64,000 nucleotides of DNA from Trichosphaerium sp. ATCC 40318 (lineage: Eukaryota; Protista; Tubulinea): assembly GCA_038496445.1 (NCBI GenBank), contig JALMLS010000461.1, positions 124,001 to 188,000 on the forward strand, given 5' to 3'. Below, piece after piece: positions 13,954-27,876 of this stretch (position 1 is its first letter; each line of letters starts with the position of its first letter). Position numbers and translations under genes: made by a program. The notes beneath the pieces were generated by a model. It had not been told where the DNA came from. It saw only the letters and a list, made by a program, of their open reading frames with translations, and ran no database searches.

Positions 13954-16452
13954 TTTACAATAGTAAGAGCTGTAACAAAGCAAAATAAAAAAAAACTACA
14001 AATAAGTTCAAACTTTTTTACGAAACCTGCCACACTCCTAGATAGTTTAAACAGTATGGTACATACATGAAAATATAGTACGTGTGCCTAATGGGTCGTT
14101 TAAGATACAATAATCTATTATTACGATGGTAAGAAAACAGTTGGAAGATCTTTAAAACAATAGCTCACTTCTTGAGCTGGCAAGTCCATTCGAATCACTG
14201 TAGGCGCTTGAGCGCATGAATCCTTCATTTTTCTACAAGTAGGTACGAGCAAACATCACTATGCATACCTGTCTTAAAGTCGACCGTTGGATACTACGCA
14301 GGTACAACACAGATACAATGAGCGTATTTTTTATGACACCAACATTGTCAAGCAATTGTTCATATCCATTCACATTGTTGATGACGAACGGACCCACGCC
14401 ATAAAAAACACTGGGCTGTGGTGATTGGAAGGCGTTACATATCTTTTTTCAAGTTCCCAAACAATAGTTACCAACTATAACTCCAACTTCTAGCCCATGG
14501 CTTTGTTTATAATTATGACCTCGGAGATGCTTATCTAATTTATTATTATTCACAATAGATTTTTCAAGCATTATTTCCATGACGTAAAGTGGAATACAAT
14601 TTATTTCTATAAATTTTGTTGCAGTAGTTGGAGTGTGTCACAAAACTTGACTTGACGGTAAAGATGACGTACTATGTTAAGATCCTTAAGCTTCTTTTTC
14701 ACATAGTTCCGTTTTCGGTTTGTGCCGTTAATTACCCAATACCTCTTTAAACACCACATATTTATCCTGAACAAGTCTTCTTTCGTTTTTCTTAAGAGCC
14801 GTTAACTTACACAATTTTTTGGGTAAAGTGTTAAGAGAACACCCAGGATTTAAATATGACACATTGTTGGCCATAATTGGTAACCATTTTTATTATCACT
14901 TGTGTATACCCTTGTTGGGTCACGGGGCGACGTCGGGTCTAGGATGACGCAAGCGAAAAGATATGAATAGTTTAGCGAAATATGAAAACTCCCTTAGCGA
15001 AATTTATTGTTTGCGTCAACACTAAAAAAATGTTTTGTGTAAAAAATAAACAAACAAAAACGGCGCCAAAACGTGTTTGCTTAAGAATAGAACAGGGAAC
15101 CTGTTGCAGAATTTCGCGAAAATTAGTGTAGTAATTTGCTAGTAAACCACAGCGCTTAAATCACGTGCCGAGTTTTTCCGCTTGTTCGGAATGCCGTTGT
15201 TAGTCTGAACTAGTTAAGAGCGAAGTGTATAAGACTTCTACCACATTCGTACTTAAACAGTCGTACATCTACTTCACGTAGTTGTCAGCCACGATATATC
15301 CATAAAAAACCGTTTGGTTTTCTTCCGTTTCTCCTTCGTAAATCCTATTAGTAATTTTCAAATAAGAAGTCACTACGATGGCTGCCTACATACTAAAAGG
15401 ATATTTTGAGGTGTTCTAAGGAAAAAAGGCTTTTGAAAAGTTTTAGAAGTAGTCAAATATTTGTTTTTGTGGATATTGTTAACAATGGCTTTATTTGTAA
15501 ATTAAAATATCCGTACGCCATTATATAGTCACTGAACGTATGTCATAATGTCATAAACTTCGCGTGGCTTTTATTCACGAGTTAGTGGGATGTAGAGAGT
15601 TCCCATAATGTATCTTACAAAACAGATGATTCTCACATATATACTTATAAAACCATTTAAAGATAACGGGTATCTAGTTGGGCCGTGCTTTCACAAACAG
15701 TGAATCACTCTTCTGCGTTCTGTAGTTTTTGGAGAAATCAGGAGGTAAAAAATCATGTGGATAAATACATATATAACCACTCCGAAGGTGTTTCCGCACC
15801 CGATTCTAGCAAATGGGTCGAACCGGTGAAATGATAAAGTGGTTTTTTCAGAATTCAGCGATGTACCCAAGAAAATGAATCGACCTAAAACACACCCTAC
15901 TACGCATAAACAACATAAAAACGATACGTCTTAATCGAGAAAAAAGGAAAACTACAAACCTACACCGAAAATTTTTACACGCTTCGGTAACCTATCCAGA
16001 TTGTTTGTCTTACAGTTTACAAGCGAATATAGCTTTTCGCCCGGCTTTCGTAAAATTGAGAATAGCGAGTTTTTACCTGTGACAACTTTGTCTGAGATTT
16101 CACGTGAACGAAACGGTATAGTACGTTTGGGTACGCTAAATATACCCGTCGAAAACCCGTAATCAGCACGTTGGGTATTACCCTCGGGTCCGCGAATGTG
16201 TGTGCACTGATAGTGTCACGTGATTGATAAATCAAATGGCTTTTGTGCCTATCAGACTGTTTGCGTATTTTGCAGATTTTTTGCCTTCTTTGGCTTCCCA
16301 TGTGCTTCAGAAACAATCTAGCCAAAAATAAACTATTTGTACTATTCATACCCAAACGAAAAAATATTCTGAAACCTTTTGTTGTGTGCACTGTTTACGA
16401 AATAAAAGCACTCAAATAACTTCGGGTAGACATCAACTCTCGAAATAAGAAA

Positions 16453-17629
16453 ATGGTACGTACATCAGTCGTAATTCGTCTGTTCTGACATGGAAAACAA
16501 ACAAGTTACAACTCGAGTTTTATAGACCAGAAACAAAAAATCCAAAACTAATTCTCGTTTCAGAAATCTAGTTACGCCATCTTCACTCCTCCGAAACAGA
16601 CTCAACATACAACCATTACGTATGGTAAACGTCTTTGGAATCCGAGAGAGTGGCGTCTTGGATTTGATGGCCTACAACAGGAGATGACTGTTAAAAATGT
16701 ATCCAATCTTATAAAAACAAAAACATTGGCTCAAGTGAGAAGCCACTATCAAAAGGTTAAATTCTCAGGTACATACCTCGGGGCAATTAATCTCTCCTTA
16801 ATTTTTTTTTTCTTTTCTAAAGTATACTAAAACGTTATTAGGAAGGGTAGAATGTAAAAATACAAAGCTTTTAACATCAGAAGAGGAAAGCGAGGTACGA
16901 TTTTTTTTTTCAGTCACGTGATCTTTCAAAAAAAAATGTTTACACAATTTTTAGGAGCAGGATAGTAGACTGTCTTCGATGGATTATTATGGTATACCAC
17001 TACCTTTACAGGAAGGCCTACTATCAGAGCGAGAAATACACATTGCCGTAAGGTCTATTTTCCAATGGGGCCTACGTCAACACAAAATAGCATGGTGTTT
17101 GGGAACAAGGACTTCCAAGTATATCGGCACCATAATACATAAGCTTGAGGTACGACAGCTCACGTGCCGAAGAAAAAAAAAAAGTTGATTATTACCTGAA
17201 ATCATATTTCGTCTCTCTTTCCTCTGTATGCAGCCATTCGATATTAAAAGATATATCTAGGAAATAGCAACGGAAAATGGTTATAGAAACGTAAGAAGAT
17301 CAGCACGTATACAATACAAAGCATGGCCAGCCGAAAAGAAACGGACAGAACAAAGTGAAAAAAAAAGAAAAAGAGTAGACAAGAAGGTCATTATTAAGCA
17401 AGAATTCAAGCCTGATACTATATGTGTTAAGCCCTTGGATATTTCACAAGTCTCGCCTAAAAGACAAAGAAAGTGCCGTGACTACGAGCCAACCAAATGT
17501 CCAGTGTTGAATGTCTTGGATAACATACAATCAGTTGCTTCAGTACTTGACTTTTCAATCAACGAGTCACCACTTCCACAGCTTTTTCCAGAACTTCGAA
17601 CCTTCATAGAGATCCGATACCCTTTCTAA
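16453..17629 (+). CDS. Myb/SANT (SHAQKYF-like) DNA-binding protein
   Basis: WNPREW..KNVSNLIKTKTLAQVRSHYQK, a second degenerate repeat (WG..KIAWCLGTRTS) and a basic NLS-like EKKRKR. Exon 1 is assumed to be the ATG only. Confidence 0.7.
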
Positions 17630-18623
17630 ATGGTCCCAACTAGACACGCGTGTCAAGCGCGTAATTACCATATGTACAACAGTGTAAATAAAATACCTTA
17701 ATCAACATGAAACTTGATGCTAATTCACCACTCATAAGACTTATAAGCAAAAAGATTCGTTCACATGGATGAACTCACTATTTGTGAATATTTCATTATC
17801 TAAAAGACGTTGGCTAAAGAAGTACTCTATAAACTACGCTCACTGAAAATTATCAAAAACGGACCTGTGAGAAAAGTACCAGAACTTCGAAATACAGTTT
17901 ATTTCTTTCATGACTTAAACATAGTCGTAGTAGATATCAGCATGTTTGTAGCAATATTTGTTATCCTCTTCCTTTGCAACAACATAATCAGAGGTTGCAA
18001 TATCACTCCTTAGAGTTGGTAGATGATGTACTCACTGTCATAGTTTCTTCACAAAGTCAAGAATGTATTTACCCTCACTGTTTCTCTTCTCGAATGTTAA
18101 GAGATTCCATGAAACCTTCAAACGTCTTTGCTCGTGAAGCCATTAGACGGTATTGGCGTGCACGTAGTACTACACATTCGCGTACAGTTGTAAGTACAAA
18201 TAGAAAGTTCGCAGACATCTTGGAGTGTAATTTTTGACTGTTTTTCCTAAAAGTACTCATCTGGCTGTATCAGCAAAAAAGTAATTAGTTTCCCGATTAA
18301 AGAAATATATCAACACCGAGTAAGTGCCTGTGGATTTTTGTTTTTCCCAAGTGTGATTCAGCCTAGTTGTAAGCATGTTCATAAAATTACTCGGAAATCG
18401 AAAGTAACAAAAAAAAAGGAAGTTGTCGTACGTGAAATCACTTTGTGTGACACCATCAAGTCAGCAGATTTTTGAGACGCAATGTCATTGACTTGAAGAG
18501 AAGACGAAACGTTTCGAACATTTGATTTGATTGTGACACAAAAAAATCACGTTTCGTTTGTAAGCACTGAAGAGACCTTTCCAACTCGGTCAATGAACTA
18601 AATCACGACAAACACCTTCAAGT

Positions 18624-20354
18624 ATGGCTCAGCAACCAAAGAGAAGCTATGAACGATCTATGAGCGATGTTGAACGTAGTATGGCTGAAAAAAGTCCTAC
18701 GAAGCGGCCATTCCACGTAATAGCAGTACCAGGTACGTTTTATTACCATAATAGAGTATTTTTAGCTTATTTATTTACATCTGTACTGTCTAGGGGTTTT
18801 AACGAACTTTTTGTTGTACCCTCTTGAGTACTTGCGCGTTGCAGCCGTACAAGGGCTATTTTCAGGACCTGATGGATTATCAAACTTTGTATCCACTACA
18901 GTATCGAGCGGAGGCATACTTTCTCTATTTATTGGTGGTGTACCGCATTTCTTGCGAAACTGTATGAAAATACTTCTAAAACCGACGTACGTTACTGATT
19001 TCTCCGTTATTGTCAACGAAAACCACTTAATATTGCTTACAACTGTAATAGCATCACTAAAACTACGCTGTCAATGTGGGATAATATAACTAAAAAATTA
19101 AATGCTGATAACGCTTTCTTAAAGGCACTGTCAATATCTTTAGCGTCTGGAGTACTCCAAAGTGTATGTCAAAGGAGAAGAAAGAAATGCAGCTTCAAAT
19201 AACATTCAGACTAAACCCTTTTTCTAGCTCTTCTCTTGCCCATTGGAGGTAATACGTATGGTTCTTATAAATGACAGAGTGGTACGCTTATGAGAGTGCT
19301 TTATAAGGTTAAAATATTAATTGTAACAGGTGGTACTCACGGAAGTACAAAAAATCCAACTTTAGCATTTCGTTTTATAACTTTTTTTTCTCGCCCTTGG
19401 CGAGCCCTTGGTTGTCTTTAATTTTATGTATGTTTATCTTATAATATAAAGGGATATTATCTTGGAGATGTTAGGGACATATGTCATCATATTTACAGTG
19501 TTGGAGGCGTCACGTGCGATGAATCTTTTCAGAGCTTTTTAGTTTTATGCTTACCTCTTTTGTCTTTTTTAGACACTTCTTCAAAGGTTGGTACCTTCTA
19601 GCCTTAGAAATAAGTATTTTCTCAACTGGAACATACTGGCTATATAATAAACTAAAGAACTATGCTGTAACAGATCGTGTACGTGAACATTTAACAACAG
19701 CAGCGTTTTTTAAAATCATTTTTGGTCTTATTCATTATGTAGAAACGTAAAGAGGTTAATGTTACTAGACATGAGAGTCATATAAATAGAGTTACAAAAA
19801 AGGTACCTGAGGATTTTGTTATCCTTGAACATATCCAACAACGTTCAAATTTCTATTTTCAATTTTTTTTCTTTTTGATCAGAATTAAGTTTGTCGTAGA
19901 GGAATACACAGCTAGTACCAATTGCAGTTAGCTGCTTGGTTTCTGCATGCATAATGTCCCTAATTGACGTACCTATTGGAAATTTAAGAATCAGTTACCA
20001 GGTAACAGACACAACATTGGTTTTTTTGAAGTAGTTCTCGAGAAAACAAATATTTATTACAACTTAGACGGATGTTATTGGAAATACCTTGAGTTTACAA
20101 GATATTATTAAAAACACATACGCAGCTCAAGGGTAAGTATTGGTTAATAAGAAAAGCTACTCGTTATTCAAAAAAACCAAACCTTGTGGTCACATTGAAA
20201 CAAAACTCTACTCGGACTTTGTGTACTTGTTTTTTTTTCGATTAACAAGTGTACTAGGTTTACTGGTTTTTGGAATGGGTTGGTGCCTAAAGCGGTATTC
20301 TCTGGATTAGCTCTTACGATACCTCTTCTTGTCTTGGCTGAAAAAAAGGTATAA
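18624..20354 (+). CDS. Mitochondrial carrier (SLC25) family protein
   Basis: Px[DE]xx[KR] motifs PLEYLR and PLEVIR, a degenerate third motif PIGNLR, and the G-rich motifs GILSLFIGG, HFFKGW and GFTGFWNGLVPK. Confidence 0.85.
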
Positions 20355-20592
20355 CGTCATTCTCAAATTATAAAAACCATCTCTGTGGCGTCGTAAACAT
20401 ATAAACGCGCTGTTAATGTACGAACAAACTGTAAGAAAGCAAATTTAGTTCAGGTTTTGTACGTTATCTACAAAAAACACACTGAGCGCGCTAACACAGT
20501 AGTTGTGAGGCGTAGTAGCTTTCGGATTACGTAAGCTCGCGTTTTTTGGTTAAGTTGCTCTTTTTTGTCTGTTTTGGTTCCGTGTACACACC

Positions 20593-22401
20593 ATGGTAAA
20601 GTACAACGCAAACAATCCACTTAATGTTATCTTCCAATGGAGAGGATCCGTACTTGCTGTAATATGGCCTCAAGTACTCCTTGGTGCTGCAGTAGGTTGT
20701 ATCGCTGGTGCAATCCACGAGTTACTCGATTGGTATTGACAAAAAACAAAATACCGTACAGTTCGTTGTATTTACACTTACTAGGTCTATGCCTAACGTA
20801 ATACACTCATTGGTTGGATGTAAGTGCTTTATAATGCCCTACCAGTTCGCTAAACTCTATAGTCGTGATCGCGTTTCTTCTTGTCTTTAGAACGAATGCA
20901 TCTTATGCAAGGTACACAAGCGCACGAGCGATCAGTTTTCTTATACAATGTGAAGGTTTACACAAGGTCGTGGTTGGATAGACCGCTTTTCTGGTACTTG
21001 TAGACATATACTCTTATACATTACAGCTATTGCTGTATCTACTGGCCCAAAATCCGCTCAAGTGCAGGTAAAACCACAAACTTCTTTTTTTGTTAAGATT
21101 ACGTACAAACACGTTTAACATGTATTAGGCAGCGAAAGAACTCCGTAAGTTGGTTCTGTTGTATTACAGAGTAACAACATATTATTTACGTTCTAAACCT
21201 GGAAAATTACTTCCAAAGCTATCTGTACGCATCTAATAACATCTATAAACACGCGACCCGACATTTTAAACCAAAACAAAAAAAAAAAGAAGGGAAGACA
21301 TCCCGATTCTTCTGAAAGGGTTTTTTTCTTCTATGGCTAACCAACTGCATCTTTAGAAGATAAATGAGCCTGAAGAGATTTGTACTAAACACCAGTACAA
21401 AGTCTTGCAACAAACAAGGCGTAAACCTGATTTTGTGCTTCTATGGATCCGTAAAGCTGTTATTGAAACACGTAATTCAAAAATATTGAACCGTTTTGAA
21501 GTTAAACAACTTGAGAAGGTAAGAAAAAAAACCAAAAGCGATTTGAAGTGACGGCAACTTATTTTCTGAATAGATTATTCTTCAATTCGAAAAGTCTTTC
21601 GTAAATATTGAGAAGCTAGCCAATACACAAATGCCTTTCCCTTACGCTCAAGCTCTTAAGATTATCTTGTATATCTTTACTACAACAGTACGTTAAACAA
21701 AGCATCAACAGTGTGACACAGGCCGGTTACAATCATGTTGCCTCTTTTTCTTTTTTTTTTTGTGAAGCATGACGCAATTATCACTTGGTAGTGGTGAAAC
21801 ACCTACCTTTTTGTTGTCGTCTTGTGTGTGCATGTACATTATTGCTACGTACATAATCTATTGTATACTGCTTTCTGGGGTTTTTTTGCTAGTTGCTGTA
21901 GCCGTTGTGTTGCATGGGCTGTTTTCTTACTTGTTTGTCTTTAGGTAACCTTTACATTCTCTGATGAGCTTGGATGGTACACACCTATTGGTGGTGCTCT
22001 CGTTTCAGCTGTTCTATTCGGTGTAGAGCATATTGGTCTTGAACTTGAGGATCCATTTGGTCTTGATATCAACGTACGCAACACGGTTTTGTTTGGGTTG
22101 GGTTTTTTCGGTAATAAATATTTTAGGATTTGCCGCTTGATCAATTCTATGATCACTTAAGACGTGATGTCTCTGATATTATCAGTATGTATACCACTAT
22201 GATAAGTAGAAGCTAATAAAACTCTAAATAGAATACTGTGGCGATACTGTAGGTCAAGAAGCTGCAGGCATCGACGAAGATGATTTGGTATTGAACGAGA
22301 AGGAGGATGAAGATAGTGAAGATGAAGATAGCGAAGATGAAGACGAAGAAAGTGAGGAAGAAGAAGACGAAGAAGATGAAGAAGATGAAGATAGCAGTTA
22401 G
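20593..22401 (+). CDS. Bestrophin-family (YneE/RFP-TM type) anion channel with an acidic tail
   Basis: WRGSVL, LLVFRTNASYARF.QGR, EKLANTQMPFPY, GVEHIGLELEDPFG.DINDLPL, and a D/E-rich C-terminus. Confidence 0.92.
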
Positions 22402-22769
22402 TTGCGTTATTCACTCTACTCTTTTCTTTGAACAAAAAAAGAAAACAGAGTTTACAACCTTGTAAACAAGGTATTGAAAAAAAAAAACTTTGTTGAGTAA
22501 ATATTTTACCACCTCAAAAAAAACGCCTTACCTCTCAGCATGTTGCCTTAAAAACTATCAAAATATAGAACCTGTGTATGTGAGCATTTCTACAAATTGT
22601 AAGTGTTTGTCTCGTCAGAGCAAGGCAAGAGTTCAATGATCAAAATGATTGGTTTTTTTTTGACTTTTTTATCAAATTTATTTTAACGAAGTCAAAAGGC
22701 TTTACAGATTTCGTTTATCTATTTACAAGTAGTGTGAAAGTTTTTGTTTATATATTACTGTATTTGATT

Positions 22770-24314
22770 TCATAAATCATCTTCATCATAATCAACCACT
22801 GTTGTACCATTATCAGGTAAAGGTTCTCTTTTAGTTGGGTTTGTTATACTTTCTATTATATCTAAACGTAGACCTGATACACCTTTACCATTCTTTGCAG
22901 ATGTTGTTAATACTTCTCTTACACCAAATTTCGTATCTGTAACTTTAAAAAATGTCTTGATTTTATGTTTGCTTGCATGTAACTTAATCTCATTAAGTTT
23001 ATCAATTTTTGTTAAAACTATTTGATAAGGTATTTCGTTTTTCTCCAAAACACCGATTTGATTCAAATCTCTATTTGTCAGACCTGTTTCAGTAATACTG
23101 TTAGTATTTGTAGAGCAATAATTCGAACAAACTTTCTATTTTGGTTGGCAAAGAAAGGAGAAATCAAAGCAAAGTCGTCAAAGATATACTTTTTTTTTGT
23201 TGATTGTAATTCATGTTGTAAAACGTTTTTGAGCAATTCTTCTTTAAGCACGTGCCTACACGTGCATCCAGTAGGAGGTATAATTTTTGTAAGTTCGTAT
23301 TACTATCAAAGAAAGGGTTCCTTGATACAACATAATCTGATAGGAGTGTTAGCGTTTGAGAAAGATTTTTAATAGTGCAATGTGTCAAAAAAAAGATATG
23401 ACATCGAACCTTTTATTGTTTTTTGAAGCTTCTTTCGCACATTTAATGGAGCTCTTGCAAAACCATAACCAGGTAAATCTACCAGGTCGAACTATAGATA
23501 TATATAAGACAAAGGAACAAGGGAAAAGAAAAAATATGCCAAACATTTTTCATCTTTACACGAAGGGAACCCAAGTTGAACAACCACTATAGCTGTACAT
23601 AGAACTTAAAAAACCCCGCATTTTATCTCGTTAATTATATTGAATATATTCACGTGCATGTCACATGAAAAATGACATGTTTGCAATTTGTTATGTATTG
23701 ATTCTTTTCAAAGTTTAAAATAATCATTTGTAGTACCTTGTTACTCACGCGAATGAAGTACGCTAATTGAGTACGTCCTGGCTGTCTACTAACAATCTAA
23801 TTGCGTATAAAGAAGGATACAAGTGGTTAGTACAATAGCGTACTTGTACTTTGCCTGAAGCCAGTAAAGTGTTAATCAAAGATGACTTTCCAGCGTTTGA
23901 GCGTCCTAAAAACGCAATTTCAGGCTTCTAACCGCTTTGTTTAGCAATTAATCATAGATGACGTTTGATTGACATACAGCTGATGGCAGCATCTTCCCTG
24001 CGTGCATTGGAGGACGTTGCTTGTATTTTCTAAAGAATTCTTTGGCTGCAATCTCTTTACTCGTTTCATCAGCGCTTTTCTCCGTATCATCTTGCTTAGA
24101 ATTGTCTACACGCGCGTGAGGAGACGAATGACGCTTTTTTAGCTAAACCTTCTTCTTGTTGAACATTTTCGTTTTCTGTCGCCTTTTCAGTACAAAATAA
24201 GCGTATAGAACGCCGATGCGGTTGTTTTGAGTGATATTGTGTACATCCTGTAATGGAACTATTGCCTACGCGGTTACAGCGTGATACGTGTATCGAGCTA
24301 CGCCACGCCAACAT
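22770..24314 (-). CDS. EngB/YihA/YsxC-family GTPase (GTPBP8-like), likely organellar
   Basis: PEIAFLGRSNAGKSSLIN, PGRTQ, VDLPGYGFA, LLLDAR, IVLTKIDKL, TSAKNGKG. The Arg/Ser-rich N-terminus resembles a mitochondrial presequence. Confidence 0.92.
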
Positions 24315-24405
24315 GAATATCGTTGCTACAACTATTTTTTGACAGTTTGTTGACTTTTTCAACTGAAAGCTTCTTCAGGTGTCAAAACAGCTTTTAGATA
24401 CCACA
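24315..24405. promoter_or_regulatory. Very short bidirectional promoter between EngB and cysteine synthase
   Basis: The divergent ATGs at 24314 (-) and 24406 (+) are only 91 nt apart. Confidence 0.6.
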
Positions 24406-25912
24406 ATGTACTCATCTGCCATTGAGCTCATTGGCAACACGCCCATGGTTAACTTGCAACGCCTTACAAAAGCCTATGGTATAGAATCTGGGCGTCTATG
24501 CGTTAAAATTGAGTTTTTTAACCCTGGCATGTCAAAGAAAGACCGTATTGCAAAGGAAATGATAGAGAAGGCTGAAAAAGATGGTTAACATTCTTTTTGA
24601 GAATAAAAGCACCGTGATCTAACCATTTCTCTTTTCTAGGTACCTTAAAACCAAATCAAACTGTGGTTGAGCTTACTAGTGGTAATACTGGTACTGGTTT
24701 GGCTATAGTATGTGCTGTGAAAGGTTCGTGAAGCGAACAATGTCTTATTTGCTTTTTTTTTTTGTGCTGGGTTTTTTCGGTGTCTCCTGAGTTGTCTCTC
24801 TTAGGTTACCCTTTTATTGCCGTTATGTCAGAAGGAAATAGTTCCGAGCGAGCAAGAATGATGTCCGCGCTTGGTGCAAAGGTGTGAGGAGGATGCTATT
24901 GTCACGTGATTGATTTATTGCTAAAAGTTTCACTACAGGTTGTTCTTGTTCCACAAGCAGCTGGAGCTACAAAGGGAAAAGTCACTGGAGATGATCTTAA
25001 AGTATGTATCATTACCTATTGATAGCGGTGTACCTTACCATTTAAAATAGTTGGTTGAAGATGAGTGTCAGAAAATCACTAATGAGCTTAATGCATTTCG
25101 TGCTGATCAATTTCTTCTAAAAGCCAATTATGAAGCACATTACAAGGGAACTGGTACAGCTTTTTTGTATTTGTTTGAGTGCTAGATGCAAATGCAAAAG
25201 CAACAGAAGTTGCTGTGCAACTGGTTTAATGTTGCTCAATTGTTTTTCTTTTGAACTCAAAAATTAAAAGGTCCCGAAATTTGGAGCCAAACAAAAGGTA
25301 ATATAGATATATTCTGCGATTTTGTAGGAAGCGGTGGTACCTTTGTTGGGACAGCAAAGTATTTGAAGGTACTAGTCTTACCAATACAAAGTTCCCAACC
25401 TAACAAGAAAAAAAGGAGAAAAATTCCAAAGTTAAGTGTCACGTTGTTGAACCAGCACAAGCAAATATATTGGCTACCAATAAAGTTATCAATGGTAATC
25501 ATAAAATTCAAGGTACTACATCACGAAAATAGAATAAACATTAGTCTCACAGTTACTAACAGGTGGTGGATATTCAAAGACTAAAAATGAGCTTCAAATT
25601 CAATATGAACAAGACTTGATTGACGGATATGTGGCTATCACAGATGAAGTACATTGAGTTTAGTCTTAAATTGCTTAATTATCTTAATAGGAAGCCACTG
25701 AGGCATGTAGAAAACTGGCTAAGATAGAGGGTATTTTTGGTACGCTCAATTATTTGTTTGTGCAAAATTATGACATCTGATAAGGAGGCTATTCTGCCGG
25801 TGCAAATGTTGCAGCAGGATTAAAACTACTTAAAGAAAATCCAGGTAAAACTGTTGTTTGCCTCATATGTGATTCTGGCTTAAAGTACTTATCTACTGAT
25901 CTATACACGTGA
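24406..25912 (+). CDS. cysK: Cysteine synthase / O-acetylserine sulfhydrylase-like PLP enzyme
   Basis: [71 protein letters not shown]. Confidence 0.92.
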
Positions 25913-26312
25913 TTTCAGCAAAAAAAAAAGTAAACAATATTGGTGGCACAACTGACTTGTTAGTGTGATCACATGTACAGCATCCATTGTTGCCTAAATA
26001 TGTGTAGCACCTGTCCCTAGGCTTGCAAGTAATTCAGTAGCACTGTACATATATACTGAAAGCTTGATTCTATTAATAGACCACTGCATGGTTACCTTTG
26101 ATTTCCACTATCTCTAAACACTTCGTAGGTCTTTTTTACAAATAACGTAGTACTAACCAAGAAGCGGTTTGAGCTTGTAACGTTGAAGATAGTGGTCGGT
26201 GAACATTGTTAACTTCAACGGACAATAAAAGTGATTTTCTTAAGTTCGCATGAATTAAGGTACAAATGTCACCGTTTCGTCCATCCCGTTAGTCATAACG
26301 CAAGATAACACT

Positions 26313-27876
26313 ATGGAAACCGGTGTAAATACCTCACAGACTCTCTACCTATGTGATTTGCCCTTAGAAGTACTTGACATGGTATTCAGTCAATGTACTT
26401 GTTGTATTTACGCAATAACCATCAACAAGCGCATAAATACGTTGATAAAACACTCCAAGTACTATAAAGTGCGTATTAATGAATGTACTATGTCAACAAC
26501 ACTGAAAGTAGACAATTCTTATTATACATGCTCACTACTACTAGTTTGAGCATGGAATAGCTATTTTTAACGATAACTACAAGCAAGGCGTATCGTTTAT
26601 GGCAGAAAATGGACTTGTACAAGACACTATAAGTGACTGGGCTAGAGTATGCTGGGAAGCGAACAATAGGCTTAATAAGGATCAAATAACAAAATACTTC
26701 ACTGTTTACGAAAACTGTGTATGTTCACGTGCGCACGTGTGCGATTTTTCAGGTTTTTTGAAATTTTTTTTTTGAAATTAGACATTTCATTGATGTCCTT
26801 CCAGCACTTTTTTAATATGCTATTTGAAGCCGGATTTACTCGTTTTACAATAGCTTCGGTGTATAAAAGCCATGCCAAGTCTTTTTTTACATACTCACCA
26901 TGGACGATATGTAGTTAATTTATTGCAAGTAGATACCTTTTGGGTTGGATCTTTGTCAGTTTATTGATCTCAAAGGAGTTCCATTTCTTGATTCTTTAAT
27001 TAGTTTCTTACATTTATTCCACTTACCAGGTGAAGCTGCCCAGACAGAGAGGTTAGTAGTGGATACAATGTCCACATTCGTTAATTTAACGGTTGTATTA
27101 GATGCTTAGATGCTTGGTCACAAGCCTATTATGCTGCAAATGCTGAACTATATCAAGAAGCAAATGCTTGTCTTTGTATTGCCATGTCATTGGTTCGCAA
27201 TTATTTACACTGTTCAATACGTTGACGACCGCTTTTTAGTTAATGTTGCAGATTACTCAAATTTATGATAGCCATGTGTATTCAAAGGAAGACTTTTTTA
27301 ATGTTTGTAGCACTGTACGAAATCCGCTTTTTTGCACTGATACTTCCTTACCTTGTTGTACAGACATCTGCGGACTTGCTGACTAGTATATATGATAGTT
27401 TAATGTCTGGTGATAAATTCTTCGATGTGAGGGTTTTATGGCATGGTATGCTTAAACTAAAAGGTACGGCTTAATACTGAAAACGAAGGAGACGAACTTT
27501 TTGTTTATTGTTTTATTTTTATTCAACTAGGTTTTATGGGTCTTACTGGTACCATGCAAACAGTAGTGGTCAAGAAAGGTATATTTCATATGCACGATAT
27601 GAACAGAAAAAAAGTCCAGTTGTACTTGATAGATGCTAAAATAACTGTTGTAAGTCTTAAGTCATTAAGTCATTCACTTGGTTTTTTTGGTTTTTTTTTG
27701 TTTGGATTAACAACCTTCTGTAGCATAGTAATAAATCGTTCAGTATTAGTGCAAAGTCGACAGAAGATAAAACAGAAAAGAGTTACAAGTTTGTGTCTGA
27801 CACAGTAGAAGATTGCATGGCTTGCTTGGTCGGCATTGAAAATGGGAAAAAACTTCCAAAAAAATTGTACAAATAA
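26313..27876 (+). CDS. F-box + Sec7 (Arf-GEF) + PH-like domain protein
   Basis: F-box-like LCDLPLEVLDMVF. Sec7 features GIAIFNDNYKQGVSFMAENGL, FHLPGEAAQTER, IAMSLLML and LLTSIYDS. PH-like WHGMLKLKG..YKFVSDTVEDCMACL. Confidence 0.8.

Noticed and set aside
17766-18260. Short overlapping ORFs between the Myb and carrier genes
   Set aside because: No coherent spliced frame or homology could be recognised.
26530-26570. In-frame TGA in the F-box-Sec7 gene suggesting selenocysteine or pseudogenisation
   Set aside because: The TGA is out of frame once the phase-0 intron (gtgcgt...ctactag) is removed, and the spliced frame FEHGIAIFN is open.
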